A stretch of DNA of 64,000 nucleotides from an uncultured Acidimicrobiales bacterium. Its GTDB lineage: Bacteria; Actinomycetota; Acidimicrobiia; Acidimicrobiales; SHLQ01. Position 1 is the stretch's first letter. Every line of letters begins with the position of its first letter. The translations under genes were made by a program, and so were the position numbers. The stretch is taken from contig CAJQNJ010000086.1 in the NCBI GenBank assembly GCA_905479685.1, positions 3,921 to 67,920 of the forward strand, in the 5' to 3' direction. Of the stretch, positions 18,665-27,960 are shown piece after piece. The notes beneath the pieces were generated by a model. It was not told the origin of the DNA, made no database searches, and saw nothing but the letters and a program-made list of their open reading frames with translations.

Positions 18665-20435
18665 CGCGATGATTCTCGATCACTTTCGAACGCTTGACCT
18701 TCATCGTCGGAGTGAGCTCGCCCGATTCGACCGTGAATTCGCGTGGCAGGACGCGGAACGCCCTGATCCCCTCTGCTCGTGAAACTTGTTCGTTCACGTG
18801 GTCGACCGCCCCTTGAAGTTCTGCCTGCAGCTCCGGGTCGTCGAGAAGCTCGACCACGAGGTGGCCTGGCGACGAGACATGTCTATCGTGCTCGCTGGCC
18901 CATGCTCCGAGGCTCTGGACGTCGAGCGTGAGCAGGGCAGATACGAATTTCCGATCGTTGCCGACGATGACGACGTGGCTCACCAGTGGATGAGCCGACA
19001 CGCCGAGTTCCAAGACGGCTGGAGCGATGTTCTTTCCACCAGCAGTCACGATGAGATCTTTCATCCGACCCGTGATGACCAGATGGCCGTCGCTGTCGAT
19101 CTCGCCGAGATCGCCTGTACGGAACCATTCGCCATCGAACGCTTCGCTGGTCGCCTCCTCGTTCTCCCAATAGCCCGAGAAGACAACACCTCCCGACATC
19201 TGTATTTCACCTATGTCACTGATCCGGAGATCGACTCCGGGGAGGGGTGGGCCGACGGTACCAGGCTTGGAATGGCCGACTCGGTGGACGGTTGCCGGAC
19301 CGGTGGTCTCGGTGAGTCCGTAGCCCTCGAGAACTTCGACACCGAGCCCGCTGAAGAATCGACCCAGATCTTCGTGCAACGGGGCGCCGCCCGAGATGAC
19401 GAAGCGGAGCTGACCGCCCATGGCGGCCCGGATGCTCTTGTAGACGAGCGCGTCGGCGACCCGATGGGATGCTCGGAGATGCCACGGTTGCGCGGTGCCG
19501 GCCGCCCGATGAGCCCCAACGTCCTTGGCCACTCGTGCCGCTTCGTCAAAGATCCGACGCTTCACGCCGGTTCCAGCCTTTTGGGCCGCACCATCGTGGA
19601 CCTTCTCGAGCACGCGAGGTACGACGGTCAGCCATGTGGGCTGCACCGTTTCGAGATCCTTGAGCAGGGTGCGGATACCGCCCCCGAAGGCAACCGGCAC
19701 GCCGACGCTGATCGCTGTGAGCTGCACGACTCGAGCCAAGATGTGGGCCAGCGGCAGGAACGTGAGAGTGCGATTCGATGGCCCGACGAGCTCGGGCTCG
19801 CACACGATGATCTGGCGGATCGTCCAGATGATGTTGTGGTGCGTGAGCGCACCGCCCTTCGGACGGCCCGTCGTGCCTGACGTATAGACCAGGGTCGCCG
19901 TGTTGTCGTGTTCGATCGTGGCCGCACGGGCATCGAGTTGAGCGTCGTCGACGCCATCCCCGAGCTTCTCGAGTTCCTCGAGTCCACCGCCCTCCATCGT
20001 GAACACGTCACCGAGCCCCGGAACGTCGGGCCGAGCCTGCTCGACGATCGCAGCCAGATCTGCCGATTCGACGATCACGACCTCCGCCCCGCTGTTCTGG
20101 AGAATCCACCGAACCTGATCGAGTGCCGATGTCTCGTAGATCGTGACACTGGTGGCACCCGCCTGCCAGATCGCGTAGTCGACAAGTGCCCACTCGAGCC
20201 GGGAGTGACTGAAGATGGCAACTCGATCGCCTACATCGACCCCGGCGCCCACGAGACCGGCCGCGAGTTTCCTCACTCTGGCCACCACGTCGGATGCGCT
20301 GAGCGTCTCGACGGCACCGTCGGCGACCACGAGCATCGCCGGATCGGAGGGATGGGTGCTCGCCCGTTCGTGCAGTGCGGCCAATACATTGTCTGTGGCG
20401 TCGACCTGCGCCTCGGTTTCGTCAGTGCCCGACAT
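18630..20435 (-). CDS. fadD: long-chain fatty-acid--CoA ligase (AMP-dependent synthetase)
   Basis: ORF 18630..20579 is trimmed to ATG 20435 (MSGTDETEAQ), preceded by GGGAGG. AMP-binding motif LVYTSGTTGRPKGG, with GYGLTET and TGDLGEID motifs. Confidence 0.88.
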   Translation of the reverse strand: MSGTDETEAQVDATDNVLAALHERASTHPSDPAMLVVADGAVETLSASDVVARVRKLAAGLVGAGVDVGDRVAIFSHSRLEWALVDYAIWQAGATSVTIYETSALDQVRWILQNSGAEVVIVESADLAAIVEQARPDVPGLGDVFTMEGGGLEELEKLGDGVDDAQLDARAATIEHDNTATLVYTSGTTGRPKGGALTHHNIIWTIRQIIVCEPELVGPSNRTLTFLPLAHILARVVQLTAISVGVPVAFGGGIRTLLKDLETVQPTWLTVVPRVLEKVHDGAAQKAGTGVKRRIFDEAARVAKDVGAHRAAGTAQPWHLRASHRVADALVYKSIRAAMGGQLRFVISGGAPLHEDLGRFFSGLGVEVLEGYGLTETTGPATVHRVGHSKPGTVGPPLPGVDLRISDIGEIQMSGGVVFSGYWENEEATSEAFDGEWFRTGDLGEIDSDGHLVITGRMKDLIVTAGGKNIAPAVLELGVSAHPLVSHVVIVGNDRKFVSALLTLDVQSLGAWASEHDRHVSSPGHLVVELLDDPELQAELQGAVDHVNEQVSRAEGIRAFRVLPREFTVESGELTPTMKVKRSKVIENHRDVVEDIYGPSD

Positions 20436-20695
20436 GAGGACCTCCCGCGGCAGGGTGGCTCCCAGCCAGAATCTGAGTGGTGACGTTAGTCGCAGCCGGA
20501 CGACGACGCGTGACCAGCTCAACCGTGATCGGGTGGGCACGTGACGCCGGGTGAGTGACTCATGCGTGTTCACCCCCAAATCCAGTTTGCGAGAGCGAGC
20601 GGCGTACTGACGGATCGCTTGTTCGAATCAGCTCGTAGTTCCTGAATCAAGTATTGTCAGGCGGCGAATCGACCACGATGTATGTGAGGACGGAC

Positions 20696-20908
20696 ATGGC
20701 GAAGTGTGCGAAGTGTAGCGGCGACGACCTGCGAACGAAGCGCGAGAACGGTGGCGTCTACGGAATGAACAAGCTGCCCTTGGGCAAGGGGAAGAAGGGA
20801 ACGGTCGCGATGGATAGCACCGTCTGTATCTCGTGCGGCAACGTGGAGTTCACTATCAGCTCCGATGATGCGCTGCGAAGGATCGCCGATACATGGGAGC
20901 GCCCATAG
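20696..20908 (+). CDS. small zinc-ribbon protein
   Basis: 70 aa from ATG 20696, with GAGGA 6 nt upstream. Two CxxC pairs (CAKCSG ... CISCGN). No family recognised. Confidence 0.45.
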   Translation: MAKCAKCSGDDLRTKRENGGVYGMNKLPLGKGKKGTVAMDSTVCISCGNVEFTISSDDALRRIADTWERP

Positions 20909-20983
20909 GCCGTCGGAACAGGTGCGGGATCCGTGGTGTTGGTGGATTTGTGCCCAGCCACCAGATTCCGTGATCATTGGGTC

Positions 20984-21298
20984 ATGATCACTGTAAACAC
21001 TGACTTCATCCAAGGTCGCACTATCGCCGAAACACTAGGTGTGGTGATGGGTAACACGATTCGGTCGAAGAACGTCGGCAAGGACATCGGGGCCGGCCTG
21101 AAGAATCTTGTTGGTGGCGAACTGCGCAGCTACACCAAGATGCTCACCGAGGCTCGGGAAGAAGCGCTGAGCCGCCTCGCGGACTCGGCAACGTCCCTCG
21201 GCGCCGACGCAGTGATCAATGTGCGGTTCACGACCTCGCAGATCACTGGCGGCGCGGCCGAACTCTTGGCGTACGGAACCGCTGTCAAGTTGAGCTGA
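20984..21298 (+). CDS. ybjQ: YbjQ-family (UPF0145) protein
   Basis: 104 aa from ATG 20984. MITVNTDFIQGRTIAETLGVVMGNTIRSKNVGKDIGAGLKNLVGGELRSYTKMLTEAREEAL...GADAVINVRF matches the YbjQ/UPF0145 family. Confidence 0.8.
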   Translation: MITVNTDFIQGRTIAETLGVVMGNTIRSKNVGKDIGAGLKNLVGGELRSYTKMLTEAREEALSRLADSATSLGADAVINVRFTTSQITGGAAELLAYGTAVKLS

Positions 21299-21353
21299 CT
21301 GCTGCGACGCACACGCCAGTCCACCCGAGCAGAACCTATGGCTTTCTTGGGTT

Positions 21354-21386
21354 TGTGGGCCCGGTGGGAATTGAACCCACGACCGA
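21354..21386. repeat. 33-bp direct repeat copy 1 (tRNA T-arm/acceptor sequence), att-like
   Basis: tgtgggcccggtgggaattgaacccacgaccga is identical to 22753-22785. Confidence 0.85.
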
Positions 21387-21397
21387 GCGATTATGAG
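21354..21397 (-). pseudogene. tRNA-Met(CAT)-like 3' half (anticodon loop to acceptor end); 5' half missing
   Basis: The minus strand reads CTCATAA-TCGCT-CGGTC-GTGGG-TTCAATT-CCCAC-CGGGCCC-A. That is anticodon loop, 3' anticodon stem, variable loop, T-arm, and 3' acceptor strand with discriminator. The upstream sequence (..GCTGGGCCGTGAA) cannot form the D-arm, the 5' anticodon stem or a 7-bp acceptor stem. Confidence 0.6.
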
Positions 21398-21501
21398 TTC
21401 ACGGCCCAGCGCAGTGCGCAACCCTAACTTCCCCTGTAATTTCAACGTTTAGCATCGAGCGTGACTCTGATAGTCGCTTGCTCGACGGCGTTCAGGTTGC
21501 G

Positions 21502-22065
21502 TTATAGACCGGCGGCGCGTTCTTCCAACTCGGCGTCCAACTCCTCGGCGTCCAACTCCTCCCCAAGGGCTCGCCAATCGCGAAGGAGTCTCTCGAGCTC
21601 GGTCTTCGCTGGCAGCGGGCCGACGTAATTTCCCCACGGCGAGGGTGCAACCGAGCCCGTGCCAACCTTGGTTAGCCCGCTGTCTTGTTCCATTGCGTAC
21701 GCGCTGACGATGGCAAGCCGGGCTGCGGCACGAGGGCGGACGTCCTCGCCGTTGCGGCGGTAGATAACGCCGAAGCTTGCGGCGAGGGTCATGCCAAGGT
21801 CGCGGGCGAGGACGCTGTCGAGGTCGAGGTCGGGGACGACGTCGTGTTCGAGGTCGAGGTCGAGGTATTGGGAGGAGGCCGTCTCGGTGCGGTCGCTGGC
21901 ATCGACCGCGCTGGTGAGGGCTTCAGCCATTCTGTCGGCTTTACCCTCGACACGATTTAGCTCGGCGACCAAAACAGAGACACGTTCCCGGTCAGCGAGA
22001 AGTGCGGCGAAGGATTCGATGATCTCGTCGTGGCTTGCCGCCAGAAATGCATCAATACCCGCCAT
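21502..22065 (-). CDS. hypothetical protein (helical, acidic C-terminus) inside the repeat-bracketed islet
   Basis: ORF 21502..22437 is trimmed to ATG 22065 (MAGIDAFLAASHDEIIESFAALLADRERVSVLVAELNRVEG...). It ends in the EELDAEELDAELEE repeat. No family recognised. Confidence 0.4.
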   Translation of the reverse strand: MAGIDAFLAASHDEIIESFAALLADRERVSVLVAELNRVEGKADRMAEALTSAVDASDRTETASSQYLDLDLEHDVVPDLDLDSVLARDLGMTLAASFGVIYRRNGEDVRPRAAARLAIVSAYAMEQDSGLTKVGTGSVAPSPWGNYVGPLPAKTELERLLRDWRALGEELDAEELDAELEERAAGL

Positions 22066-22210
22066 CACGGAACGGTACCGAAACAGCTCCGAAGTGGCCA
22101 AATTGGCGAAAAAGGCGACTGTGAGCGGTCGACTAGAACCTAGTTCTCTCGGCACCAGTGCACGCCTGGATAACTGTTGATGTGCGCACCAGGTGAAGGA
22201 GATGGTCGAG

Positions 22211-22858
22211 ATGAAGAAGATAAGCGCACTTTCTCTTGGAATTCTTTTGGCGATGGTGGTGATCGCCGGTGGCCCGGCCGCCGCGGATCCGGCGGGATCA
22301 GCCTCGGACCGCCCCGTATGGGAAGAAGTAGAGATCGAGCCGTGCGACAGCACGCAATGCGAGTTCGTCGCAGGCGTCTTTACCGAATACGAGGTCGATG
22401 CGACCACCCTGCCGCAATACGATCGCCGGAAGGTCACGACACGGACAGAAAAGGATTGGACCGAGCGAACGCATTACCAGTTCGAACGGCCTGGCATCCA
22501 GTTCAATAAGGTGTCCGAAGGTCCGGGTCCCGAAATCCTTATCGAACAGCAGAGGGCCAACGTTACGATCGTCGGGACTATGTCCGTTGAAAGCTCGATC
22601 ACCATCGTTGAGTGGACCGAGGACGGAGACCTTGTCGATCGAAACCGACAGACACTGTCGGGTACCGATGTCGTCAAGGAAACCGGGGTCTGCCGACCCT
22701 CACCGCCAGTGCGGGAGATGCAATTCTTCCAAAACGTTGATAAATCGGTCTCTGTGGGCCCGGTGGGAATTGAACCCACGACCGACCAAGAGATCATGGT
22801 GCGGGCGATGGAGCTTCCACTTCACGCTGCTAACATGCACCGAGTCAATCCGGGGTAG
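22211..22858 (+). CDS. secreted hypothetical protein; 3' end reads through the att-like repeat (possibly truncated or fused)
   Basis: ATG 22211 lies 9 nt after AAGGAG. Signal peptide MKKISALSLGILLAMVVIAGGPAAADP. The codons are visibly more A/T-ending than in neighbouring genes. The last ~35 codons translate the tRNA-derived repeat, and the stop lies inside tRNA-Asn. Confidence 0.45.
   Translation: MKKISALSLGILLAMVVIAGGPAAADPAGSASDRPVWEEVEIEPCDSTQCEFVAGVFTEYEVDATTLPQYDRRKVTTRTEKDWTERTHYQFERPGIQFNKVSEGPGPEILIEQQRANVTIVGTMSVESSITIVEWTEDGDLVDRNRQTLSGTDVVKETGVCRPSPPVREMQFFQNVDKSVSVGPVGIEPTTDQEIMVRAMELPLHAANMHRVNPG
22753..22785. repeat. 33-bp direct repeat copy 2 (tRNA T-arm/acceptor sequence), att-like
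   Basis: Identical to 21354-21386. The flanking sequence does not fold into a tRNA: no D-arm, and a non-canonical 8-nt loop where the anticodon arm should be. Confidence 0.85.
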
Positions 22859-22921
22859 CTCAGCTGGCAGAGCAACTGACTGTTAATCAGTAGGTCGTGA
22901 GTTCGAGCCTCACCCCCGGAG
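22849..22921 (+). tRNA. tRNA-Asn (anticodon GTT)
   Basis: Manual cloverleaf: TCCGGGG-TA-GCTC-AGCTGGCA-GAGC-A-ACTGA-CTGTTAA-TCAGT-AGGTC-GTGAG-TTCGAGC-CTCAC-CCCCGGA-G. All stems are Watson-Crick paired, length is 73 nt, and CCA is not encoded. Confidence 0.95.
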
Positions 22922-22971
22922 CAACAAGCCTCTCGAACGCTTCACGTTCGGGGCACTGCCGAAAGCGCACC

Positions 22972-23997
22972 TCAGTCGACGAGGTAGCCCTTGAGATGTT
23001 CACTTCGTTGCGGATGGCGCAACTTTGCGAGTGTCTTCGACTCGATCTGGCGAATCCGCTCGCGAGTCACCCCGAACGTCCGACCGACCTCTTCGAGCGT
23101 GCGTGGTCGACCGTCGTCCAGGCCGAACCGGAGACGGACAACTTCCTGCTCTCTCGGAGACAACATGTCCAGAACCTTCGACACCTCTACGCCCAACATT
23201 TTGCGTGTGGCAGCATCGGCTGGACGAATGGCCTGAGAATCCTCGACGAAATCAGCCAGGCTGGTGTCGTCCTCGGTTCCTACCGGTGTGTCGAGCGAAA
23301 GCGGATCTTGCGCGATTTTGAGAAGCTCCTCGACCCGACTCGACGAGAGGTCACAGGTTTCAGCCAGCTCGTCCATCGTTGGCTCGCGCCCGAGCTCTTG
23401 GGTGAGTCGGCGCTGCTCACGCCGGACCCTGCTCATGATCTCGACCATGTGTACGGGAATACGGATGGTGCGCGCTTGATCGGCGATTGCTCTGGTGATC
23501 GCCTGACGAATCCACCACGTGGCATACGTCGAGAACTTGAAACCCTTTTGGTGGTCGAACTTCTCCACGGCGCGCATCAAGCCGAGGTTTCCCTCCTGAA
23601 TGAGATCGAGAAGTGGAATCCCTCGACCCGAGTACCGCTTGGCGATCGATACCACGAGGCGGAGGTTCGCCTGAGTCAGATCACCCTTTGCGACATCGCC
23701 GGCACGAACGGTTCGTTCGAGGAGCGAACGTCGAGCTGGTTCGATCGAGTCGAGGGTCTCGGCTGCTGCGTGGAGCGCGAGCTCCTCCTCGGCCTTCATA
23801 CCCTTCGCGACCTTCTCGGCGAGACGCACTTCCTCTGCCGTCGTGAGCAGCGGAACACGCCCGATCTCTTTCAGATACACCCGGGTCGAGTCGGTCGAGC
23901 GAGCTGTCCGATCACCAGACAGCGCATGTGAACGCTCACGACGAGCCCGCGCTGCACCTACCTCGTCTGACTCTGCGGCTCTCGTTGCTTCGCTCAC
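22972..23997 (-). CDS. rpoD: RNA polymerase sigma-70 family factor, group 1/2 (principal-type)
   Basis: Regions 2-4 are fully conserved ([69 protein letters not shown]). It lies immediately downstream of dnaG. Start set at GTG 23997, which overlaps the dnaG stop (GTGA). The ORF track begins at TTG 24036. Confidence 0.9.
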   Translation of the reverse strand: MSEATRAAESDEVGAARARRERSHALSGDRTARSTDSTRVYLKEIGRVPLLTTAEEVRLAEKVAKGMKAEEELALHAAAETLDSIEPARRSLLERTVRAGDVAKGDLTQANLRLVVSIAKRYSGRGIPLLDLIQEGNLGLMRAVEKFDHQKGFKFSTYATWWIRQAITRAIADQARTIRIPVHMVEIMSRVRREQRRLTQELGREPTMDELAETCDLSSSRVEELLKIAQDPLSLDTPVGTEDDTSLADFVEDSQAIRPADAATRKMLGVEVSKVLDMLSPREQEVVRLRFGLDDGRPRTLEEVGRTFGVTRERIRQIESKTLAKLRHPQRSEHLKGYLVD

Positions 23998-25769
23998 GCT
24001 GCTTCGCTCGCCATGTCCGATTTCATTGCTACCCAATCGGCAAGTGGGGCCAATTCTGTGAGATCGGATCTCGGTTCACGCAGATCGATCACCCATTGGC
24101 GAAGAAACTTCACATCAGGCAACAACAGTTCGATGTTTCCCGTCGTCCGAGCCTCGGCCTCGAGCTGACGGGCCAGCCGATCGGCGGCTTTTCCGAGCAG
24201 TCGTGAGGCAACCGCCGACGCATTGAGATCATCGTCAGAAGACGCTGCGAGTTCGATGAGCAGGTTTGCTTCATCAGAACCGAGCATGTCAACAGCTTCG
24301 CGCACCGACGCTGCCTGACGCACTGCGGTGAAGATTTCTCGTCGCATCGGGGTGACGAACAAGGCCTCAGAGAAGAGTTCGGCGACGCCCTGATCTTCAC
24401 CGATCATGAGTTGGATCGCCTGGTCCTCGACGCTGTCACTTCCCTGCTGCGGCATGGGTGTCGATGGTGCCTCGGCCACCGCCGAACCTCGCCGACGAGG
24501 GTTGCGCAACATCTCGCGGAGACGGTCGGCGTCCATCCGGCAGCGATCTGCGATATTCATCACGTATTGGTCTCGCACGAGGGCGTTTGGGTGTTCTGCG
24601 ACCAGTGCAAGGCCGTCTTCGGCTGCTCGTGCGCGGTGTTCGATCGAGTCCATGTTGTGGCGGCCCAAGACGCGGTCGAGACGGAACTCGAGAAACGACA
24701 ACGCATTGGTGATCGAGTCGGCCAACCGCTCCGGGTCGCTCCTCGAAAGGTCGTCGGGGTCGACGCCGGTCGGGAGGTCGGCCACCATCACTTCGATCTC
24801 GTACTTCTGCTCCCACTCGTACACACGGTCCGCGGCCGCTTTGCCGGCATCATCGGCGTCGAATGCGAGGACGATCCGGTTGGTGAATCGCTTGAGCAAC
24901 TTCAGGTGGTCGTCGGTGAGAGCTGTTCCACAGGTGGCCACAGCGCGTGGAATGCCGGCACGACCGAATCCGGTGACGTCGGTGTAACCCTCACAGATGA
25001 TTGCCTCACCTGATGACACGATGTGTTCCTTGGCCCAGTTGAGCCCATACAGAACCCGGCTCTTCGAGTAGACCGCACACTCCTGGCTGTTGATGTATTT
25101 CGCACCTTCGCCACCTGGCATGATTCGCCCACCGAAGCCGACTGCGTCACCACGTTCGTCGAAGACGGGAAACACGATGCGACCGCGTTGCCAGTCCATC
25201 TGCTTGCCGATCGAGTTGATCTTTCCCAGTCCTGAATCGACGAGATCCTTGTCGCTGATCTTGAGCTTTTTTGCGAGCGCATCCCACGTATCGGGTGCGT
25301 ACCCGACCTTGTAGGCCCGGACCATGTCGCCGTCGAAGCCACGCTGTCGCAGGTAGCCACGGGCCTCGCCGGCGCTTGGGTGTGTCATCAACCAGTCGTG
25401 GTAGATGTCGACAGCACGATTCACATGCCCGATGAGTTCCTTGCGCTTGTTGCGTGCTGCGCCTTCGTTCGCATCGGTGTACCGGAGCGCAATGCCGGCC
25501 TTGCGGGCCAAGTGCTCGATGGCACCAGGAAAATCGAGGTGTTCGAGTTCGCGAACGAACGTGATCGCATCGCCCGATTTCTTACACCCGAAGCAGTGAT
25601 ACAAACCCTCCTCGGCGTTGACCGAGAACGACCCCGTCTTTTCATTGTGGAAGGGGCAAAGACCGCTCCACCGGCGTCCGACACGCTTGAGTTGGGTGTG
25701 TTCGGAGACGAGCTTCACGATGTCCGTCGACTGACGAACCCGCTCCACATCCTCATCGACGATCCCCAT
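23994..25769 (-). CDS. dnaG: DNA primase
   Basis: 591 aa. N-terminal zinc-binding domain ([32 protein letters not shown]) and TOPRIM domain (EGYTDV ... FDADDAG). Confidence 0.95.
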   Translation of the reverse strand: MGIVDEDVERVRQSTDIVKLVSEHTQLKRVGRRWSGLCPFHNEKTGSFSVNAEEGLYHCFGCKKSGDAITFVRELEHLDFPGAIEHLARKAGIALRYTDANEGAARNKRKELIGHVNRAVDIYHDWLMTHPSAGEARGYLRQRGFDGDMVRAYKVGYAPDTWDALAKKLKISDKDLVDSGLGKINSIGKQMDWQRGRIVFPVFDERGDAVGFGGRIMPGGEGAKYINSQECAVYSKSRVLYGLNWAKEHIVSSGEAIICEGYTDVTGFGRAGIPRAVATCGTALTDDHLKLLKRFTNRIVLAFDADDAGKAAADRVYEWEQKYEIEVMVADLPTGVDPDDLSRSDPERLADSITNALSFLEFRLDRVLGRHNMDSIEHRARAAEDGLALVAEHPNALVRDQYVMNIADRCRMDADRLREMLRNPRRRGSAVAEAPSTPMPQQGSDSVEDQAIQLMIGEDQGVAELFSEALFVTPMRREIFTAVRQAASVREAVDMLGSDEANLLIELAASSDDDLNASAVASRLLGKAADRLARQLEAEARTTGNIELLLPDVKFLRQWVIDLREPRSDLTELAPLADWVAMKSDMASEAA

Positions 25770-25859
25770 GGGGAGAACCTACTCCCCTCCCCTGACGTTT
25801 GTTGCTGCGAGCTACGATCGTGTATCGCACACGATCAAACCCCGTCCACCGATGTCTTC

Positions 25860-26543
25860 GTGGAGCCAGGCATCGGCACCCTCAACGAGGGTTCCCTGCA
25901 TGCATCGCTGAAACGACATTACGCACGACCGGGGGATTCCTTCGAGGTCCCGAGACATGGTTTCGTAATCGACATCGTCCGTCACGAGGACTTGCCATCG
26001 GAGGAGCTGATCGAGATCCAAACCGGGTCGTTCGGAGCCCTCGGCAACAAGCTCGATCGGCTGCTCAGCGATCACCGAATGCTCCTGGTGCATCCGATCG
26101 CGATTTCGACGATCCTCGATCGCGCCGACCGCAGCGCTCGCCGGTCGCCCAAACGCGGCTCCATCTACCAATTGCTCGATGAACTCGTCAGCTTGCCAAC
26201 GATGCTCGACCACCCGAACCTCGAGCTCGATGTCGTCTTACACAGTGAAATCAAGAAACAGATCCATGATCCGAACCTGCGGCGACGACGCGGTGGATAT
26301 CGAACGGTGGACCGCCACCTCGAAGAGATTGTCGAGGTCCGTCGTTTTCGCTCCATTGACGATGTCGCCGCCCTCGCCCCCGACGATCTACCGCGCGAGT
26401 TCACGACGGCCGACATCTCCGAACGAAGCGACATGAGTCGAGACGCGGCACAAAAGCTCTGCTACTGCTTACGTGCCGCAGGGGTCTACGAGGTCGTGAA
26501 TCGCACCAAGGCCGGGCATGTGCACGTCGACACCCGGCGATAA
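25860..26543 (+). CDS. hypothetical protein with possible PD-(D/E)xK / CoiA-like nuclease core and C-terminal wHTH-like tail
   Basis: C-terminal part of ORF 25380..26543; the upstream part is antisense to dnaG. Candidate start is GTG 25860. The motif string is GSLHASLKRHY ... GFVIDIV ... LIEIQTGSF..LGNKL, i.e. D...E-x-Q as in CoiA-type nucleases. Family assignment is from memory only. Confidence 0.45.
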   Translation: MEPGIGTLNEGSLHASLKRHYARPGDSFEVPRHGFVIDIVRHEDLPSEELIEIQTGSFGALGNKLDRLLSDHRMLLVHPIAISTILDRADRSARRSPKRGSIYQLLDELVSLPTMLDHPNLELDVVLHSEIKKQIHDPNLRRRRGGYRTVDRHLEEIVEVRRFRSIDDVAALAPDDLPREFTTADISERSDMSRDAAQKLCYCLRAAGVYEVVNRTKAGHVHVDTRR

Positions 26544-26560
26544 GACTTCGAGCGGGAAAC

Positions 26561-27886
26561 TCAGTTGGGCAGACGTTCGCTGAGGTAGGCGACGAGTTGG
26601 TCGATGGCGACGCGGTCCTGCTCGCGAGTATCACGATGTCGCACGGTGACCGCTCGATCCTCGAGCGTGTCGAAATCGACCGTGACACAGAACGGTGTCC
26701 CGATCTCATCTGCTCGGGCGTAGCGCTTTCCGATCGACTGGGTCTCGTCGTAGTCGCTCATCCAGTTGCCCTTGACCAGGTCGAAGACCTCATGGGCAGT
26801 GGGCGTGAGCGTGTCCTTCTTGGACAACGGCAGGACGGCAACCTTGTAGGGAGCCAGGCGAGGGTCGAGACGCAGGACCGTCCGCGTCTCATCGTTCACG
26901 GTCTCCTCGTCGTATGCGGCGAGCAGGAATGCAAAGGCGGTTCGGGTGGCCCCCGCCGCAGGTTCGATGACGTGTGGGACCCAACGCTCATTGGCATGCT
27001 GATCGAAGTACTCGATCCGTTCCCCGCTGTGGTTCGCGTGTTGGGTCAGGTCGTAGTCACCGCGATTCGCAACGCCCTCGAGTTCATCCCACCCCCACGG
27101 GAACAGGTACTCGACGTCGGCCGTGCCCGAGCTGTAGTGCGACAACTCGTCAGCGTCATGCTCGCGCAAGCGAATCGCGTCTTCGGGCATTCCGAGGTCG
27201 AGGTACCAGGCCATACGTTCGGCCTTCCAGTACTCGTACCACTCACCGCTTTCATCGGGCGGGACGAAATACTCCATCTCCATCTGCTCGAACTCGCGGG
27301 TACGGAACACGAAGTTGCCCGGGGTGATCTCATTGCGGAACGACTTGCCGATTTGTGCGATACCAAACGGTGGTTTCTTGCGGCTGGTGTTCAGCACGTT
27401 CATGAAGTCGACGAACATGCCTTGTGCCGTCTCGGGGCGCAGGTACACCTCGTGGCCAGCGCCTTCAACGGGACCGGCATGGGTCTTGAACATGAGGTTG
27501 AATGCGCGCGGTTCGGTGAACGACTTTTTCGCCTCACAATTCGGACATACGTCGGGATCATCGAGCTTGTCGAGCCGAAAACGGTTGTTGCAGTTGGTGC
27601 AATCCACGAGCGGATCGCTGAAGTTCGAAAGGTGGCCCGATGCCTCCCAGACCTGCGGTGGCGACAGGATCGCGGCGTCGAGACCCACGACGTCATGACG
27701 CATCTGGACCATGGAACGCCACCACTGCTCCTTCACATTACGCAGGAGCAGCACTCCGACGGGTCCATAGTCGTACGTCGAGCGGAATCCGCCATAGATC
27801 TCGGCCGACTGGAACACGATCCCCCGACGCTTGGACAGGTTCACAATCTTGTCGAACAGTTCGGGATCGGGGGACGCTTGGCTCAT
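26561..27886 (-). CDS. glyQS: glycine--tRNA ligase (homodimeric class II type)
   Basis: ORF 26561..28285 is trimmed to ATG 27886 (MSQASPDPELFDKIVNLSKRRGIVFQSAEIYGG...). Class II motifs (YLRPETAQG, FRNEITPGNFVFRTREFEQME) and an anticodon-binding C-terminus. Confidence 0.93.
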   Translation of the reverse strand: MSQASPDPELFDKIVNLSKRRGIVFQSAEIYGGFRSTYDYGPVGVLLLRNVKEQWWRSMVQMRHDVVGLDAAILSPPQVWEASGHLSNFSDPLVDCTNCNNRFRLDKLDDPDVCPNCEAKKSFTEPRAFNLMFKTHAGPVEGAGHEVYLRPETAQGMFVDFMNVLNTSRKKPPFGIAQIGKSFRNEITPGNFVFRTREFEQMEMEYFVPPDESGEWYEYWKAERMAWYLDLGMPEDAIRLREHDADELSHYSSGTADVEYLFPWGWDELEGVANRGDYDLTQHANHSGERIEYFDQHANERWVPHVIEPAAGATRTAFAFLLAAYDEETVNDETRTVLRLDPRLAPYKVAVLPLSKKDTLTPTAHEVFDLVKGNWMSDYDETQSIGKRYARADEIGTPFCVTVDFDTLEDRAVTVRHRDTREQDRVAIDQLVAYLSERLPN

Positions 27887-27960
27887 CCGGGGAAGGCTAT
27901 CTGTAACTTCTCCGCACTCCCGACGGAGATCCGCATCAGCGCACCCGGTCGACCCACACC

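Noticed and set aside
21354-21432. A functional tRNA-Met gene at the first repeat, or a functional tRNA at the second repeat (22753-22830).
   Set aside because: Manual folding fails. At copy 1, the 5' anticodon stem (GTGAA against TCGCT) and the D-arm cannot pair, and no 7-bp acceptor partner is present. At copy 2, only the T-arm and acceptor strand are tRNA-like. I kept them as a pseudogene or att-like repeats.
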